Origin: a virus
Lineage: Duplodnaviria > Caudoviricetes
Strand: one strand, 5' to 3'
Virus record (IMG/VR): IMGVR_UViG_3300017912_003172
Location: 1 to 41,951 of that record
DNA length: 41,951 nucleotides
Made by a program: the position numbers and the translations under genes. Shown one piece after another: positions 1 to 10,515 of this stretch; the first letter of the stretch is position 1; the number at the start of each line of letters is the position of its first letter. The notes beneath the pieces are model-generated. The model saw only the letters and a program-made list of their open reading frames with translations. It had not been told where the DNA came from and made no database searches.

Positions 1-2
1 AT

Positions 3-434
3 ACAATTGTTGTTGGTAACATGGATGCTCAGTTAGAAGGTACTACTCCTAATGATAAAGAGGCAAGTATTCAATCTAGTGAAAAAGGTCCTCGTGTAGA
101 TGTCTGGGCTGCAGGAACAAATATCGTCAGTAGTGGTGCTAGTAGTAGTACAACGTATCTTAACTATACTGGAACAAGTATGGCTGCTCCACAGGTTGCA
201 GGTATGTGTGCTCTTCTATTACAAATGAATCCAGGTATGACTCCGGCACAAGTTAGACAATGGGTCATAAATAACGCTAAGACAGGATTGTTGTATGTTG
301 GAGATACAAACAACACAACATACTTCAATAATGGTAGAAATTTAATGGACGGTAATAACAGGATTGCTTACTGGCCTTATAGTTCTCACAAGCCATTAAA
401 TCTAGACGTAAACATGACAAATGTCTCGTTTTAA
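3..434 (+). CDS. Subtilisin-like (S8) serine protease, C-terminal part (5' end outside window)
   Basis: Catalytic-Ser motif GTSMAAPQVAG, preceded by SSEKGPRVDVWAAGTNIVSS. The frame is open from the window start. Confidence 0.88.
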   Translation, partial: TIVVGNMDAQLEGTTPNDKEASIQSSEKGPRVDVWAAGTNIVSSGASSSTTYLNYTGTSMAAPQVAGMCALLLQMNPGMTPAQVRQWVINNAKTGLLYVGDTNNTTYFNNGRNLMDGNNRIAYWPYSSHKPLNLDVNMTNVSF

Positions 435-437
435 ACA

Positions 438-445
438 TATAAATA
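438..445 (+). promoter_or_regulatory. T4-type late promoter TATAAATA
   Basis: Exact gp55 consensus in the intergenic gap, followed by SD GAGG before the ATG at 472. Confidence 0.85.
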
Positions 446-471
446 CAGTTAAAGAAATTTAGAGGTACGTA

Positions 472-1461
472 ATGACGCGTCAAAATTTGAATCTGGGTAC
501 TACAGCAAATGATGGTACAGGTGATACACTCAGACAAGCTGGTACAAAAATTAATGCCAATTTCAATGAGCTATATCAAAAACTTGGTGGAGACAGTAGT
601 ACATTAACAGGTGCTATTGCCGCTGGTGCGTCAGGTGTTGTCTTTGAAGGTGCTACAGACGATAATTTTGAAACAAGTTTGGTTGTAGTCGATCCTACTG
701 CTGATCGAATTGCTACACTACCCGATGCTACAGGAACGATAGTTTTAGATACAGCTAGCCAAACATTAACTAACAAAACATTAACATCATCAATATTAAC
801 CACACCTCAGATTAATGATGCATCATCTGATCATCAGTATATTTTAGGTGTAGAAGAATTAGCAGCAAACAGAGAAATATCACTACCACTGTTAACTGGA
901 GATGATGAATTTGTATTCAAAGATCATGCTCAAACACTAACTAATAAAGAACTAACAAGCCCTGTTCTTACAACTCCAAGAGTCGGAACCAGCATTAATG
1001 ATCAAGCTGGTGCAGGTCTTGTATCTGTAACAGCAACAGCCAGTGCGGTTAATAATCTTTCAATTGCCAATGCAGCGGCCGGGACTGGTCCCGAGCTTAA
1101 TGTGGTAGGTTCGGATGCCAATGTTAATTTAGAAATTTCTGCTAAAGGTACTGGTTCTGTTAATATCAGTAAGGCAGCGTTTAGTTCATCAACAATCCAA
1201 GTAAATGGAGCAGCTTCAGAAGAAGCATCTTTAATTATCTGTAACAAAGCTACAACTTTATTTGTTACGCTAAACGCTGGTACAACTGTTGGTGAGTATA
1301 AAATATTTACAAATAAAGGAGCAGGTAACGCTACCATCACACCTAGCAACTTTGCTCAAGGAACTTCATTTACACTACAACAATTCGACGCTTGCCAAGT
1401 TGTTTGGGACGGTTTAAACTGGTATCTGATTGGTAATCAGTCAACAGTTGCCATACTATAA
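472..1461 (+). CDS. Baseplate/tail-fibre connector with gp9/gp10-like N-terminus
   Basis: N-terminal RQNLNLGTTANDGTGDTLRQAGTKINANFNELY is the T4 gp9/gp10 N-terminal motif. It has two QTLTNKxLTS fibre repeats and lies next to gp8. Confidence 0.75.
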   Translation: MTRQNLNLGTTANDGTGDTLRQAGTKINANFNELYQKLGGDSSTLTGAIAAGASGVVFEGATDDNFETSLVVVDPTADRIATLPDATGTIVLDTASQTLTNKTLTSSILTTPQINDASSDHQYILGVEELAANREISLPLLTGDDEFVFKDHAQTLTNKELTSPVLTTPRVGTSINDQAGAGLVSVTATASAVNNLSIANAAAGTGPELNVVGSDANVNLEISAKGTGSVNISKAAFSSSTIQVNGAASEEASLIICNKATTLFVTLNAGTTVGEYKIFTNKGAGNATITPSNFAQGTSFTLQQFDACQVVWDGLNWYLIGNQSTVAIL

Positions 1462-1473
1462 TAGGAACATAAA

Positions 1474-2844
1474 ATGGTTGCAATTATTACAGACGCATTT
1501 AAAAGACAAATTCTAGACAACATCTATGATAACGTCAAGGATTCAAATAACACATACTATATTGGTATTGGTCGTTCAGAGAACTGGGATAGCTCAGATA
1601 CTCCACCAACTCCAAACAATACTGTTAAAGATGTTCGTGACTTCAGACTGTCAATGCAAGGTGTAAAAAATGCCGAAGATGTTGAATATGTCATCCCTCG
1701 TTACAACTGGTCGTCCGGGACAATTTATTCTGGATTTGACGACAATGTAGTGGGATATCCAACAAACGCATATTATGTGTTTACTTCTGAGAATGCTGTT
1801 TACATGTGTATCCAACAAGGTAGAGATGCGAATGGTAACGCTGTTCCATCAACCGTACAACCAACAGGTACTCTAACATATGCTTTTGAACTTCCAGATG
1901 GATACGTTTGGAAATATCTGTATACTATCAGTGCTCTTACCGCAACAAAGTTTGTATCTGCAAATTATATTCCAGCTCAGTTCATTGCAGCAGTCGACTC
2001 TGCATCATCTGCTCTAGCTATTGAACAAAAGGCTGTGCAAGATGCTGCGGTACCAGGTCAAATTACTGGTATTGCTATCACATCTGGTGGGACTGGTTAT
2101 ACATCAGCTCCACAAGTAGTTATTGTTGGAAATGGTACAAAGACTGCATCAGCCACTGCAACTGTTTCAGGTGGCTCTGTAGTTAAAATTGAAATGGACG
2201 ATTCTAACCAAAGTAAAGCATTAGGTAAAAATTATCAGTATGCCTCTGTCAGTTTACTTGGTGGTGGAGGATCAGGTGCAAAGGCTAGACCTATCCTAGC
2301 ACCATTGGGTGGTTTAGGTGCTGATCCAAGAAACGATTTACGATCAACAGCGTTGATGTTCAACTCACAGATTGCTGGAGCTGAAGGTAAAGAATTTATT
2401 ACAACAAATGATTTCCGACAAGTTGCAATCATTAAGAATCCAAAAGTACCAGGAACTGATTCTGACTTTGTAGCACAGGTAGGTAGTTCACTAAAAAGAT
2501 TAAGATTCCAATCTGTTGCAAATACATTTTCAGAAGACAATACAATACAAGGTACAATATCAGGTGCAAAAGCATATGTGGATGCACAAGATTCAAATGT
2601 TGTGTGGTATCATCAAACAGAAGTAACTGGATTTACTCCATTCCAAGAAGCAGAAACCGTTACTGAGCTAGACGGTGTTGGTGAAGGTATTTTGGAACCT
2701 GCAAACGCAGATTCAGATACAGATGCGTTCGAAACACTAAAAGTTAATCCTTTATCAGGTGAAATTATTTACATAGATAATAGAGCTGCTATTGAAAGAG
2801 CTAGCGAGCAGACAGAAGACATAAAAGTTATAATTCAACTCTGA
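1474..2844 (+). CDS. gp8: Baseplate wedge protein gp8-like
   Basis: Motifs YYIGIGRSENW, VIPRYNWSSG, DGYVWKYLY, NDFRQVAII and the C-terminal SGEIIYIDNR...QTEDIKVIIQL are typical of T4-like gp8. Confidence 0.85.
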   Translation: MVAIITDAFKRQILDNIYDNVKDSNNTYYIGIGRSENWDSSDTPPTPNNTVKDVRDFRLSMQGVKNAEDVEYVIPRYNWSSGTIYSGFDDNVVGYPTNAYYVFTSENAVYMCIQQGRDANGNAVPSTVQPTGTLTYAFELPDGYVWKYLYTISALTATKFVSANYIPAQFIAAVDSASSALAIEQKAVQDAAVPGQITGIAITSGGTGYTSAPQVVIVGNGTKTASATATVSGGSVVKIEMDDSNQSKALGKNYQYASVSLLGGGGSGAKARPILAPLGGLGADPRNDLRSTALMFNSQIAGAEGKEFITTNDFRQVAIIKNPKVPGTDSDFVAQVGSSLKRLRFQSVANTFSEDNTIQGTISGAKAYVDAQDSNVVWYHQTEVTGFTPFQEAETVTELDGVGEGILEPANADSDTDAFETLKVNPLSGEIIYIDNRAAIERASEQTEDIKVIIQL

Positions 2845-2853
2845 GAGTAGAAC

Positions 2854-5800
2854 ATGCCAATACAATTTACAGATAACCTGTTCAGCAAAACATACAAAGA
2901 TGACTTTGCCGATAGTGCTAACTATCATCGAATTCTCTTCAATAGTGGTAAAGCGCTACAAGCTCGTGAGTTGACACAACTCCAAACTATTATTCAAAGA
3001 GAAATTGAAACCTTTGGAAGAAATATCTTCAAAGAAGGTGCAAACGTTGCTCCTGCTGGGATAACTATTAACAATAGATACGAGTTTATAAAATTAGATA
3101 CTACTACAAATACTTTGCCTTCCGATCTTTCAGATTTTCCTGGTAAAGAATTTGAAGGAAATGATACTGGAATAAAAGTAAAAGTTCTAGAAGTTGTTAC
3201 AGCAACTGGATCAGATCCAGCAACATTGTATGTTACATACACTGACACAACAGGTGGTACGCCAGGTGCTAATCCTGTTCGGATGGATGCGGGTGAAGAT
3301 ATCATTTCTAATCAGTTGGGTGTTACTCTAACAGTACAATCAACAAACACAACAGCTAATCCAGCTGTTGGTGTTGGTACAAAGGTTTCGATTGACACTG
3401 GTAGTTTTTTCACTCAAGGTCATTTTGTATTTACACCAAAGCAGTCAGCAATTATTGGTAAGTATACTGAAACCCCAACTACTATTCTAGGGTTTAAAGT
3501 ACAGCAAGACGTTGTAACTGCTGATGATACAGAAGCGTTGTTTGATAACCAAGGTGCAACACCTAACAGATCCGCACCAGGTGCTGACAGATATAGAATC
3601 AAGCTGATCTTAACAGAACAAGATCTTGTTGACTCAGATGAAAACTTCGTATACTTCTGTCGTATTATTAATGGTAACGTCTTTGATGTTGTGCAAGGTA
3701 ACAACCAGTATGCAAAAATTGAAGATCGTATGGCTCTCAGAACAAATGAGATTCATGGTAACTTTCTCGTGGAACCATTCTTCATTCACCATGAAGATGA
3801 TTCAGACGCAACTTTTTTACAAACAGTTGTCTCACCAGGCACTGCGTATGTAAAAGGCTATAGAGCACATCGTGACTTCACAACAAGATTGAGAACACCA
3901 CGGGCACAAGATACAATTACAGTGAATAATGATGTTGCAGCTACTGACTATGGTAACTATTTTGTAGTTAACAATGTTGTGGGTTTGCCAGACATCAATG
4001 TATTCCAAAAAGAGAATTTATATGATGCAACAGGTGCGACAGGAAACATTATTGGATCTGCTAGAGTTCGTCACATTGAACCAGATGGTTTAAATTATAG
4101 ATTCTATGTTTTTGATGTAAAAATTAATACTGGTAGCTCAATTAACGATGTAGCATCAATTGGTACAAGCTCGATTGACACAGCTGATATTGTCACTGTT
4201 CTTGGTGAAACAATTCAGGATCCAGCGAATAATAATCTACTATTTCCATTAACTCATAATCGTCCTAAACTAATGTCAGACATTTCTCTTGAAGTGCAGC
4301 GTCAGTTTTTGGCCACACTAGATGGATCAGGTGCTGCATCTCTTACACTAACAGCAAGTGGTGAGACATTTGCAAATACTAATGATTGGATCATTATTGA
4401 TAACGTATCAGGTGTTATTCAAACAGGTATTACTATTACGGGTGCAGGTACTCAGGTTGTATCTATATCCGGTGGTCCTGCTTCAACAGCAATCCGAATT
4501 GTTGGTAAAGTCAATAAGGCTTCAGGTGATGTTCGATCAAAAACTCTAGTAGAAACAACAGTTAGTCTTCCATTGGATTCAGACAACGGAGTTAAATTTC
4601 TAGCACTAGGCAAACCAGATTTGTTTAAACTAGATAGGTTACGTGATTCAGACTCTGATGGTGAAAATCTATTTAGCTCATTTATTATTGATAATGGCCA
4701 AAGAGACAATTGGTACTCGCCAGCTAAAGCTATTCTGAAGTCTACAGCACGTGTTCCAAACGGAAACGTATTTGCAAGATTCCGTTACTTCACACATGGA
4801 GCATCTGGAGACTTCTTTGCAGCTCAATCATATTCTGGGCAAGTTGATTATGGTTCAATTCCAAGTCATACACTAAAGAATGGCCAAAAGGTTGAGTTGA
4901 GAGATGTGCTTGACTTCCGTCCAAGAATTGATGATACTGATTCTGATTTCCAATCTGGTAATGCTCGTATCAATGAACTACCAGATGACACAGATTTAAT
5001 TACAGCTGATATTGAATATTATCTACCTCGTTTTGACAGAGTGACTGTTGACATTGATGGACTGATTAGAGTAAAGCAAGGTCGTTCAGCATTGAACCCT
5101 AAGTTCCCTCCAGCATCACCAAACGAAATGATATTAGCTAATATCACAATGGATGCGTTTACAATAAACGATTCAGATATTGGAACACAACCGTTAGAAA
5201 CAAAACTATATCAAATGCAAGATGTAGGTGATATCTCATCAAAACTAGAAACTCTTACAGAGATCACAACTCTTTCGTTGCTTGAAACAAACCTATCTAA
5301 CTTAGATGTTCTTGATGCAAGTGGTAATGATAGAACAAAAGCAGGATTCTTAGTTGATAACTTCTCAGATCAGTTAGCATCATCGTTCGATCATCCTGAA
5401 TATAGAGCTTCTATTGATCCACAGAATAAATTGTTACGTCCTGCTTTCAACCAAGAAGCTGTTCGTTTAAGATATGATTCTGATAAGTCAACAAATGTAA
5501 TTCTCAAAGGTGATAACGTATACAGAAAGTTTAGCCAAGTAGGATATATTGATCAGCTTCAAGTATCAGAGACTATGAATATTAACCCTTTCAATGTTAT
5601 TACTAACTTGGGGACAATAACACTTTCACCTTCATCTGATGAATGGAGAGAAACTCAATTTACAGCAGCAAGAACAGTGAGTGGTGGAACAACTAATAAC
5701 TTTAGTGGTAGTCAATCACAACTCTTTAACAACGCTCAATGGAACTGGGCAGGTACACAAGTAGGTGATACAAGATCTCAAGCTCTAAGTCAAACTGCAG

Positions 5801-8067
5801 GATCCTCAACTAGTAATGTTCAATTGAGTTTTGGGTCTGCTGGTAACTGGAGAGCAGCTAGAGTTGAAACAAGAAGAACAACAACTGTAACAACTACATC
5901 AGCTGTTGCTAGAGTTGCATCATTCTCAACAATCAGAAGAGTTGTTGGAGACCGAGTAGTTGATGTAGCATTGATTCCGTTTATGAGATCACGTAGAATT
6001 AGCTTCAAGGCAGAAGGTATGAAACCTAATACAAGATTGTGGCCTTTCTTTGATGGTGTTGATGTATCAGCATGGGTACGTCAAACTAGTTTTGCTCGTA
6101 TAGCTGAAAGTAATCAAGAAGTTGGAAATAGTCTCAACAATCAAACAGGTATCCCAGAAGGTGCTGATGTGCTGTTTACAAATGATGAGGGTGCGGTTGA
6201 AGGTGAATTCTTAATTCCAAACACAAACGCTCTAAGATTTAGAACTGGTACGAGAGAATTCAAACTTCTCGACATTTCATCTAATAATGAAGACAATGCA
6301 ACATCGATTGGTGTTACACCATTTGTAGCAACAGGTACTTTAGAAACAAGACAGAGAACAATTCAAACAACACGAGTCAGAAACGTTGTCACTGGAACTG
6401 GAACTTCCACATCAACAACAACTCAAAACTTGGGTCGTAACATGCACTTGTGGAATGTTGCAACAGGTGAACGTAGAATTAACGGACAAGTTGTTGTACC
6501 TCCAAGAACTGTTCGTCAGAGAGATCCACTAGCTCAATCGTTCTTTATTCCTGATCAAGATGGTGTCTTTATAACATCCATTGATATCTTCTTCCAAACA
6601 AAAGATGATATTATTCCTGTTGAATTGCAGTTACGACCAATGGTTAATGGACATCCATCATCAGAAGATATCGTTCCTGGTAGTGTTGTGTTTAAAGCTC
6701 CAACAGGTATCACCACATCCACAGACGCTTCAGTAGCAACAAACTTTGAGTTTGAAGAGCCAGTTTATTTGTTGCCTTATCAAGAATATGCTGTAGTATT
6801 AATTGCAGAGACAGACGCATATAATGTATATGTTGCAAAAGCAGGAGACTTTATCTTAGGATCAACAGAGCAGAGAATTACTTCACAACCATCTCTTGGA
6901 TCATTGTTTAAGTCCCAAAATACAACTACATGGACACCAGATCAAGAAAGAGATTTGATGTTTAAGTTGTATAGAGCTGAGTTTAACTCAGGGTCAGCTG
7001 AAGCAATTTTGACAAATACAGAAGTACCTAACTACTTGTTGGATGAGAATCCAATTAGAAGTTTTGACAGTTCAGCAGTTATGAGATTCTATGCACCTGA
7101 TCATGGATTCAATCAAAACGATCGGGTTACTATTTCTGGATTGCCTGCAAATACTACATTATCAACTGTACAAACATCTTCTATTATGGGTGAAAAGTTT
7201 GTACAATCCGTTGATAATGATTTCTTTACCATTAATGCTGATTCAGCAACAACTGGAAATGTTGGTCAAGAATTTGGTGGATCTGATGTTACAATCAATA
7301 GACAAATTGTTTTTGAAGAAGTGTGGCCAAACATTGACTTCAATCTTCCTCAGGGTACAAGCGTAGCTGTGTCAGGTAACTTTGCTACAGGCAGATCAAA
7401 CGCTGGTAGTGAAACAATATATGATATCTATAACACATACATTCCACTATCAATTAAAGAACGTAATGTGTTAGATGCTCCACGTATTATTATGACAGCA
7501 AAACAGGAACAGCTACAATTGGCAGTAGGAACAAAGTCAGCAACCATTGCTGTTGACATGGCTTCAGATACAAGTTATGTTTCTCCTGTGATTGACATGC
7601 AACGAACATCGTTGTGGTTGACACATAATAGAATTGACAATCCAGCAAGTGCACCAGCAACAAACTTTAATGTTCCACTGACTTATGTTCCAGAAACTGA
7701 CAGAGCTGCAGGCACAGTTCTATCTAAACATATTACTAGACCTGTTACTTTATCCTCATCAGCGGTTGGCTTGAAAGTTATCTTAGCTGCAAATAGACCA
7801 TCTGCATCTGACTTTAAACTATACTTCAAGACAGCAAATGGTGATGAGTTGTTTGATGATATTGCTTGGACAGAAGTTACTAGAGAAGAAGAATTACCAA
7901 CAGATGAAAACCCAGATGTGTTTAGGGATTATCAATATGTTGTTGGTGGGTCAAGTGGGTTGTCTGTACCTTTCACACGCTTCATCTTTAAATTTGTCAT
8001 GACAAGTTATAATAACGCTAAGGTCCCACAGTTTAAGGATTTGCGCGTAATTGCGATGGCTACATAA
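2854..8067 (+). CDS. Large virion structural protein, VrlC/DUF4815-like
   Basis: YKDDF...YHRILF..GKALQARELTQLQT, APGADRY, PGTAYVKGY, GFLVDNF, DPLAQSF, GSLFKSQN..TW, and the C-terminal P.FKDLRVIA. Confidence 0.85.
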   Translation: MPIQFTDNLFSKTYKDDFADSANYHRILFNSGKALQARELTQLQTIIQREIETFGRNIFKEGANVAPAGITINNRYEFIKLDTTTNTLPSDLSDFPGKEFEGNDTGIKVKVLEVVTATGSDPATLYVTYTDTTGGTPGANPVRMDAGEDIISNQLGVTLTVQSTNTTANPAVGVGTKVSIDTGSFFTQGHFVFTPKQSAIIGKYTETPTTILGFKVQQDVVTADDTEALFDNQGATPNRSAPGADRYRIKLILTEQDLVDSDENFVYFCRIINGNVFDVVQGNNQYAKIEDRMALRTNEIHGNFLVEPFFIHHEDDSDATFLQTVVSPGTAYVKGYRAHRDFTTRLRTPRAQDTITVNNDVAATDYGNYFVVNNVVGLPDINVFQKENLYDATGATGNIIGSARVRHIEPDGLNYRFYVFDVKINTGSSINDVASIGTSSIDTADIVTVLGETIQDPANNNLLFPLTHNRPKLMSDISLEVQRQFLATLDGSGAASLTLTASGETFANTNDWIIIDNVSGVIQTGITITGAGTQVVSISGGPASTAIRIVGKVNKASGDVRSKTLVETTVSLPLDSDNGVKFLALGKPDLFKLDRLRDSDSDGENLFSSFIIDNGQRDNWYSPAKAILKSTARVPNGNVFARFRYFTHGASGDFFAAQSYSGQVDYGSIPSHTLKNGQKVELRDVLDFRPRIDDTDSDFQSGNARINELPDDTDLITADIEYYLPRFDRVTVDIDGLIRVKQGRSALNPKFPPASPNEMILANITMDAFTINDSDIGTQPLETKLYQMQDVGDISSKLETLTEITTLSLLETNLSNLDVLDASGNDRTKAGFLVDNFSDQLASSFDHPEYRASIDPQNKLLRPAFNQEAVRLRYDSDKSTNVILKGDNVYRKFSQVGYIDQLQVSETMNINPFNVITNLGTITLSPSSDEWRETQFTAARTVSGGTTNNFSGSQSQLFNNAQWNWAGTQVGDTRSQALSQTAGSSTSNVQLSFGSAGNWRAARVETRRTTTVTTTSAVARVASFSTIRRVVGDRVVDVALIPFMRSRRISFKAEGMKPNTRLWPFFDGVDVSAWVRQTSFARIAESNQEVGNSLNNQTGIPEGADVLFTNDEGAVEGEFLIPNTNALRFRTGTREFKLLDISSNNEDNATSIGVTPFVATGTLETRQRTIQTTRVRNVVTGTGTSTSTTTQNLGRNMHLWNVATGERRINGQVVVPPRTVRQRDPLAQSFFIPDQDGVFITSIDIFFQTKDDIIPVELQLRPMVNGHPSSEDIVPGSVVFKAPTGITTSTDASVATNFEFEEPVYLLPYQEYAVVLIAETDAYNVYVAKAGDFILGSTEQRITSQPSLGSLFKSQNTTTWTPDQERDLMFKLYRAEFNSGSAEAILTNTEVPNYLLDENPIRSFDSSAVMRFYAPDHGFNQNDRVTISGLPANTTLSTVQTSSIMGEKFVQSVDNDFFTINADSATTGNVGQEFGGSDVTINRQIVFEEVWPNIDFNLPQGTSVAVSGNFATGRSNAGSETIYDIYNTYIPLSIKERNVLDAPRIIMTAKQEQLQLAVGTKSATIAVDMASDTSYVSPVIDMQRTSLWLTHNRIDNPASAPATNFNVPLTYVPETDRAAGTVLSKHITRPVTLSSSAVGLKVILAANRPSASDFKLYFKTANGDELFDDIAWTEVTREEELPTDENPDVFRDYQYVVGGSSGLSVPFTRFIFKFVMTSYNNAKVPQFKDLRVIAMAT

Positions 8068-8306
8068 TGAGCAATGTTGATTTTGAAAAACACTTACCAG
8101 TAGAAGGATTAACCGGATATGTTAGAGATCCTTCTACCAGAGCTATTATAAATGTTAATGAGCTTGAAATAAGAAAAGCAAAAGCGGCTAAAATTGCTCG
8201 CGAACAGAAAGAACAAGAAGTCCTAAATATGAAGAAAGATGTAGCAGAATTAAAGTCTGATATACAAGTAATCAAACAAATGCTGCAGCAAATGGCGGAG
8301 AAGTAA
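8067..8306 (+). CDS. Small coiled-coil hypothetical protein of a type often found after VrlC-like genes
   Basis: VEG...YVRDPSTRAIIN followed by a heptad-rich C-terminus. Translationally coupled (TAATG). Confidence 0.7.
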   Translation: MSNVDFEKHLPVEGLTGYVRDPSTRAIINVNELEIRKAKAAKIAREQKEQEVLNMKKDVAELKSDIQVIKQMLQQMAEK

Positions 8307-8603
8307 ATGGCAAGAACATTAGTAGATATAAATGATCTAGTATCCACATGGAAAGATAAAACCAATGAGATATCTTTTAATGTTGGTGACCTGGCTGAAC
8401 TTCGTACCGTAGAAGATTCGGATCTTGTTGGAGCAATCAACGAGATTTGGGGGCTAGCAAGATTAGATTCATCCGGAATTACAACTTTAGTTTCTAATAC
8501 ATTTTTTCCTCTAACGTCTGCAAACTTAGCTGGACCCGAATCATTAATATTGTACGACTCAGACGGAGTAGTATGTAAGACCATATATGGTGCAAACGTA
8601 TAA
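8307..8603 (+). CDS. Small putative virion structural protein
   Basis: WKDKTNEIS..VGDL..L....SDLVGAINE fibre-type N-terminal motif. SD GGAG; abuts the previous stop. Confidence 0.6.
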   Translation: MARTLVDINDLVSTWKDKTNEISFNVGDLAELRTVEDSDLVGAINEIWGLARLDSSGITTLVSNTFFPLTSANLAGPESLILYDSDGVVCKTIYGANV

Positions 8604-8615
8604 CTAGGATTCACT

Positions 8616-9566
8616 ATGGCTGTAAGACGTCCACTAAAACTAGACAAGGGCTCTGGCAACCTTAGAGATTTCACTGTTGATGATGTAGACACAGTAATCG
8701 ATGAAGTTATCAGACAATATGGATTAAGTCCTTCTGTAGCACTTACAATTAATCAAGGCAACGGTAATCTCAATCAGCTTACTGAAACACGTGCTATTGC
8801 AGGTGCAATAGCTAGTTCTACAACGGCTACACCACCTTCTGCGCCTCCTACAAGTACTACAACTGTTGCATATAACAATACTGTTCAGACAATTACTAAT
8901 CAGACGTTCCCATATAGAACAGGAACTAACTGGGGTAATTTTTCATATCCTGTTTATAGAACTTCCACAAATGATATTAGAGCAATGGATGCTACAGACG
9001 TTTACGATACATTCATAAGTCCAGCTTTAAATAAATTAGTACTGGCTAGTACTGAGCCGTACGCTCAAGCAGGTACCTATTTCATATCTACAAACCAATC
9101 AGAGCCTGATGCAACACAAATTGGATCTGCTCCTGTTGCCGCAGATACAAACGCAGACATAGCAGCTTTTGCATCTGGTTCGTTACCTGAGACATTAGAT
9201 CAACCAACCACTGTAAATCGTTTTTGGCTACATCGAGTTGATCCAGTCGCAGAATTTGATTATATTGCTCCTGTTAGTATGAGACTAAATGATTGCGACT
9301 TACAAATAACACCAAGAGCTACTTTTGGTGAAATGATGCAAGCGCTCGTAAATCACTATGCATCTACAACACTTAGATATCAATACTATGTTTCAACTGA
9401 TACTTCATTTGGAAATGCAAGAGGTACTGGTATAACAGATACATATACTACGGGATCTTTAACAAGATATGACTATGTTTATGGTAGTACGTATTATGCA
9501 CAAAATGTTCCATCAGGTACTCCAACTGTTCAATCAACATATTTCCTTAGAATTGGACTAATATAA
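8616..9566 (+). CDS. Putative virion structural protein (Thr/Ser-rich)
   Basis: 316-aa ORF with SD AGGA, MAVRRPL start and T/S/N-rich composition, inside the structural operon. Confidence 0.6.
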   Translation: MAVRRPLKLDKGSGNLRDFTVDDVDTVIDEVIRQYGLSPSVALTINQGNGNLNQLTETRAIAGAIASSTTATPPSAPPTSTTTVAYNNTVQTITNQTFPYRTGTNWGNFSYPVYRTSTNDIRAMDATDVYDTFISPALNKLVLASTEPYAQAGTYFISTNQSEPDATQIGSAPVAADTNADIAAFASGSLPETLDQPTTVNRFWLHRVDPVAEFDYIAPVSMRLNDCDLQITPRATFGEMMQALVNHYASTTLRYQYYVSTDTSFGNARGTGITDTYTTGSLTRYDYVYGSTYYAQNVPSGTPTVQSTYFLRIGLI

Positions 9567-9585
9567 ATGAGAGGTGAATTATATA

Positions 9586-10515
9586 ATGGCAAGATTTTCC
9601 GGAAAGATACACTCCGCTAAGTTTGTTGACATTGATGAAAAGACAATAGAAGTTTTATACTGCGATGATGACTCATCGATCTTCTCCTCATGGTATTTAC
9701 AAGTAGATTACGATAATCAAGATTTTCTTGATTTTATCGATGAATATAACTTAGAAGATGTTGCTAATAATACAAAAGACTTTTATGATGGAGCAGAAGA
9801 AAACTATAGAGCAGAGATCCAAGCTAAGGCACAGGAGATTGCTCAAACCAAGTTTGAAAGGTGGATTGCCAGAGCGCAGGTAGATCTTGATGCGCAGGAC
9901 CAAGAACGCTATGAACTATTTGAAGAGTACAAACGCGGACAGATGGAAATCCTTTCAAAGGAAGTTGAAATCTATGCTTTGGAAAAGCAAAGACAGATAG
10001 AAAACGAATTATCGGAGCAGAGAGAGGAGATTGCAAAGACTGCTAAAGTAATTGAAGAAGAATTAAAGTTTGCTCAAGTACAACGTGATGCGGCTGAATC
10101 AATAAAGAAAAAAGTTGAAGCTCAGCATAATGATATTGATAAGAAGAAGGCTGAAGTACTAGCGCAGCTAAAGACTGACTTGAAAGAAAAAGCTCAACCA
10201 ACAGTCGAAAAAGCTAAAGATCTTGATAAACAAAAAGCTCAGTTGTTAGCAAAGTTTAGAAAGAATATGTCTATTAAAGAAAGTTCATCATCAGTTACGT
10301 TAGATGGCCAAGCATTTGTAAATACCTTGCTTGAAAAAAATGAAGATGAAGACTTTGTGTTTAAATCTAAAATATCTTTATTCAATAGAGAAGAGATTAA
10401 AAAACATCCGGACCGTGAACTTAAAATGAAAATTCGACAAGCTAAAGATATTATTAGTTTGATAGCTGCATATAAAGAGATTATAGAGGATATTTATGAA
10501 GAGAGTAGTGTTTAG
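9586..10515 (+). CDS. Hypothetical protein with a long central coiled coil
   Basis: ATG at 9586 preferred (SD GAGGTG at 9571-9576). E/K/Q/A-rich heptads with an internal duplication, DIDKKKAEVLAQLK / DLDKQKAQLLAKFR. Confidence 0.7.
   Translation: MARFSGKIHSAKFVDIDEKTIEVLYCDDDSSIFSSWYLQVDYDNQDFLDFIDEYNLEDVANNTKDFYDGAEENYRAEIQAKAQEIAQTKFERWIARAQVDLDAQDQERYELFEEYKRGQMEILSKEVEIYALEKQRQIENELSEQREEIAKTAKVIEEELKFAQVQRDAAESIKKKVEAQHNDIDKKKAEVLAQLKTDLKEKAQPTVEKAKDLDKQKAQLLAKFRKNMSIKESSSSVTLDGQAFVNTLLEKNEDEDFVFKSKISLFNREEIKKHPDRELKMKIRQAKDIISLIAAYKEIIEDIYEESSV

Noticed and set aside
8060-8692. 210-aa minus-strand ORF and the many other short antisense or off-frame ORFs in the track
   Set aside because: They shadow well-supported genes with SD sites and recognisable motifs, and have no motifs of their own. 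Such ORFs are expected from codon bias.
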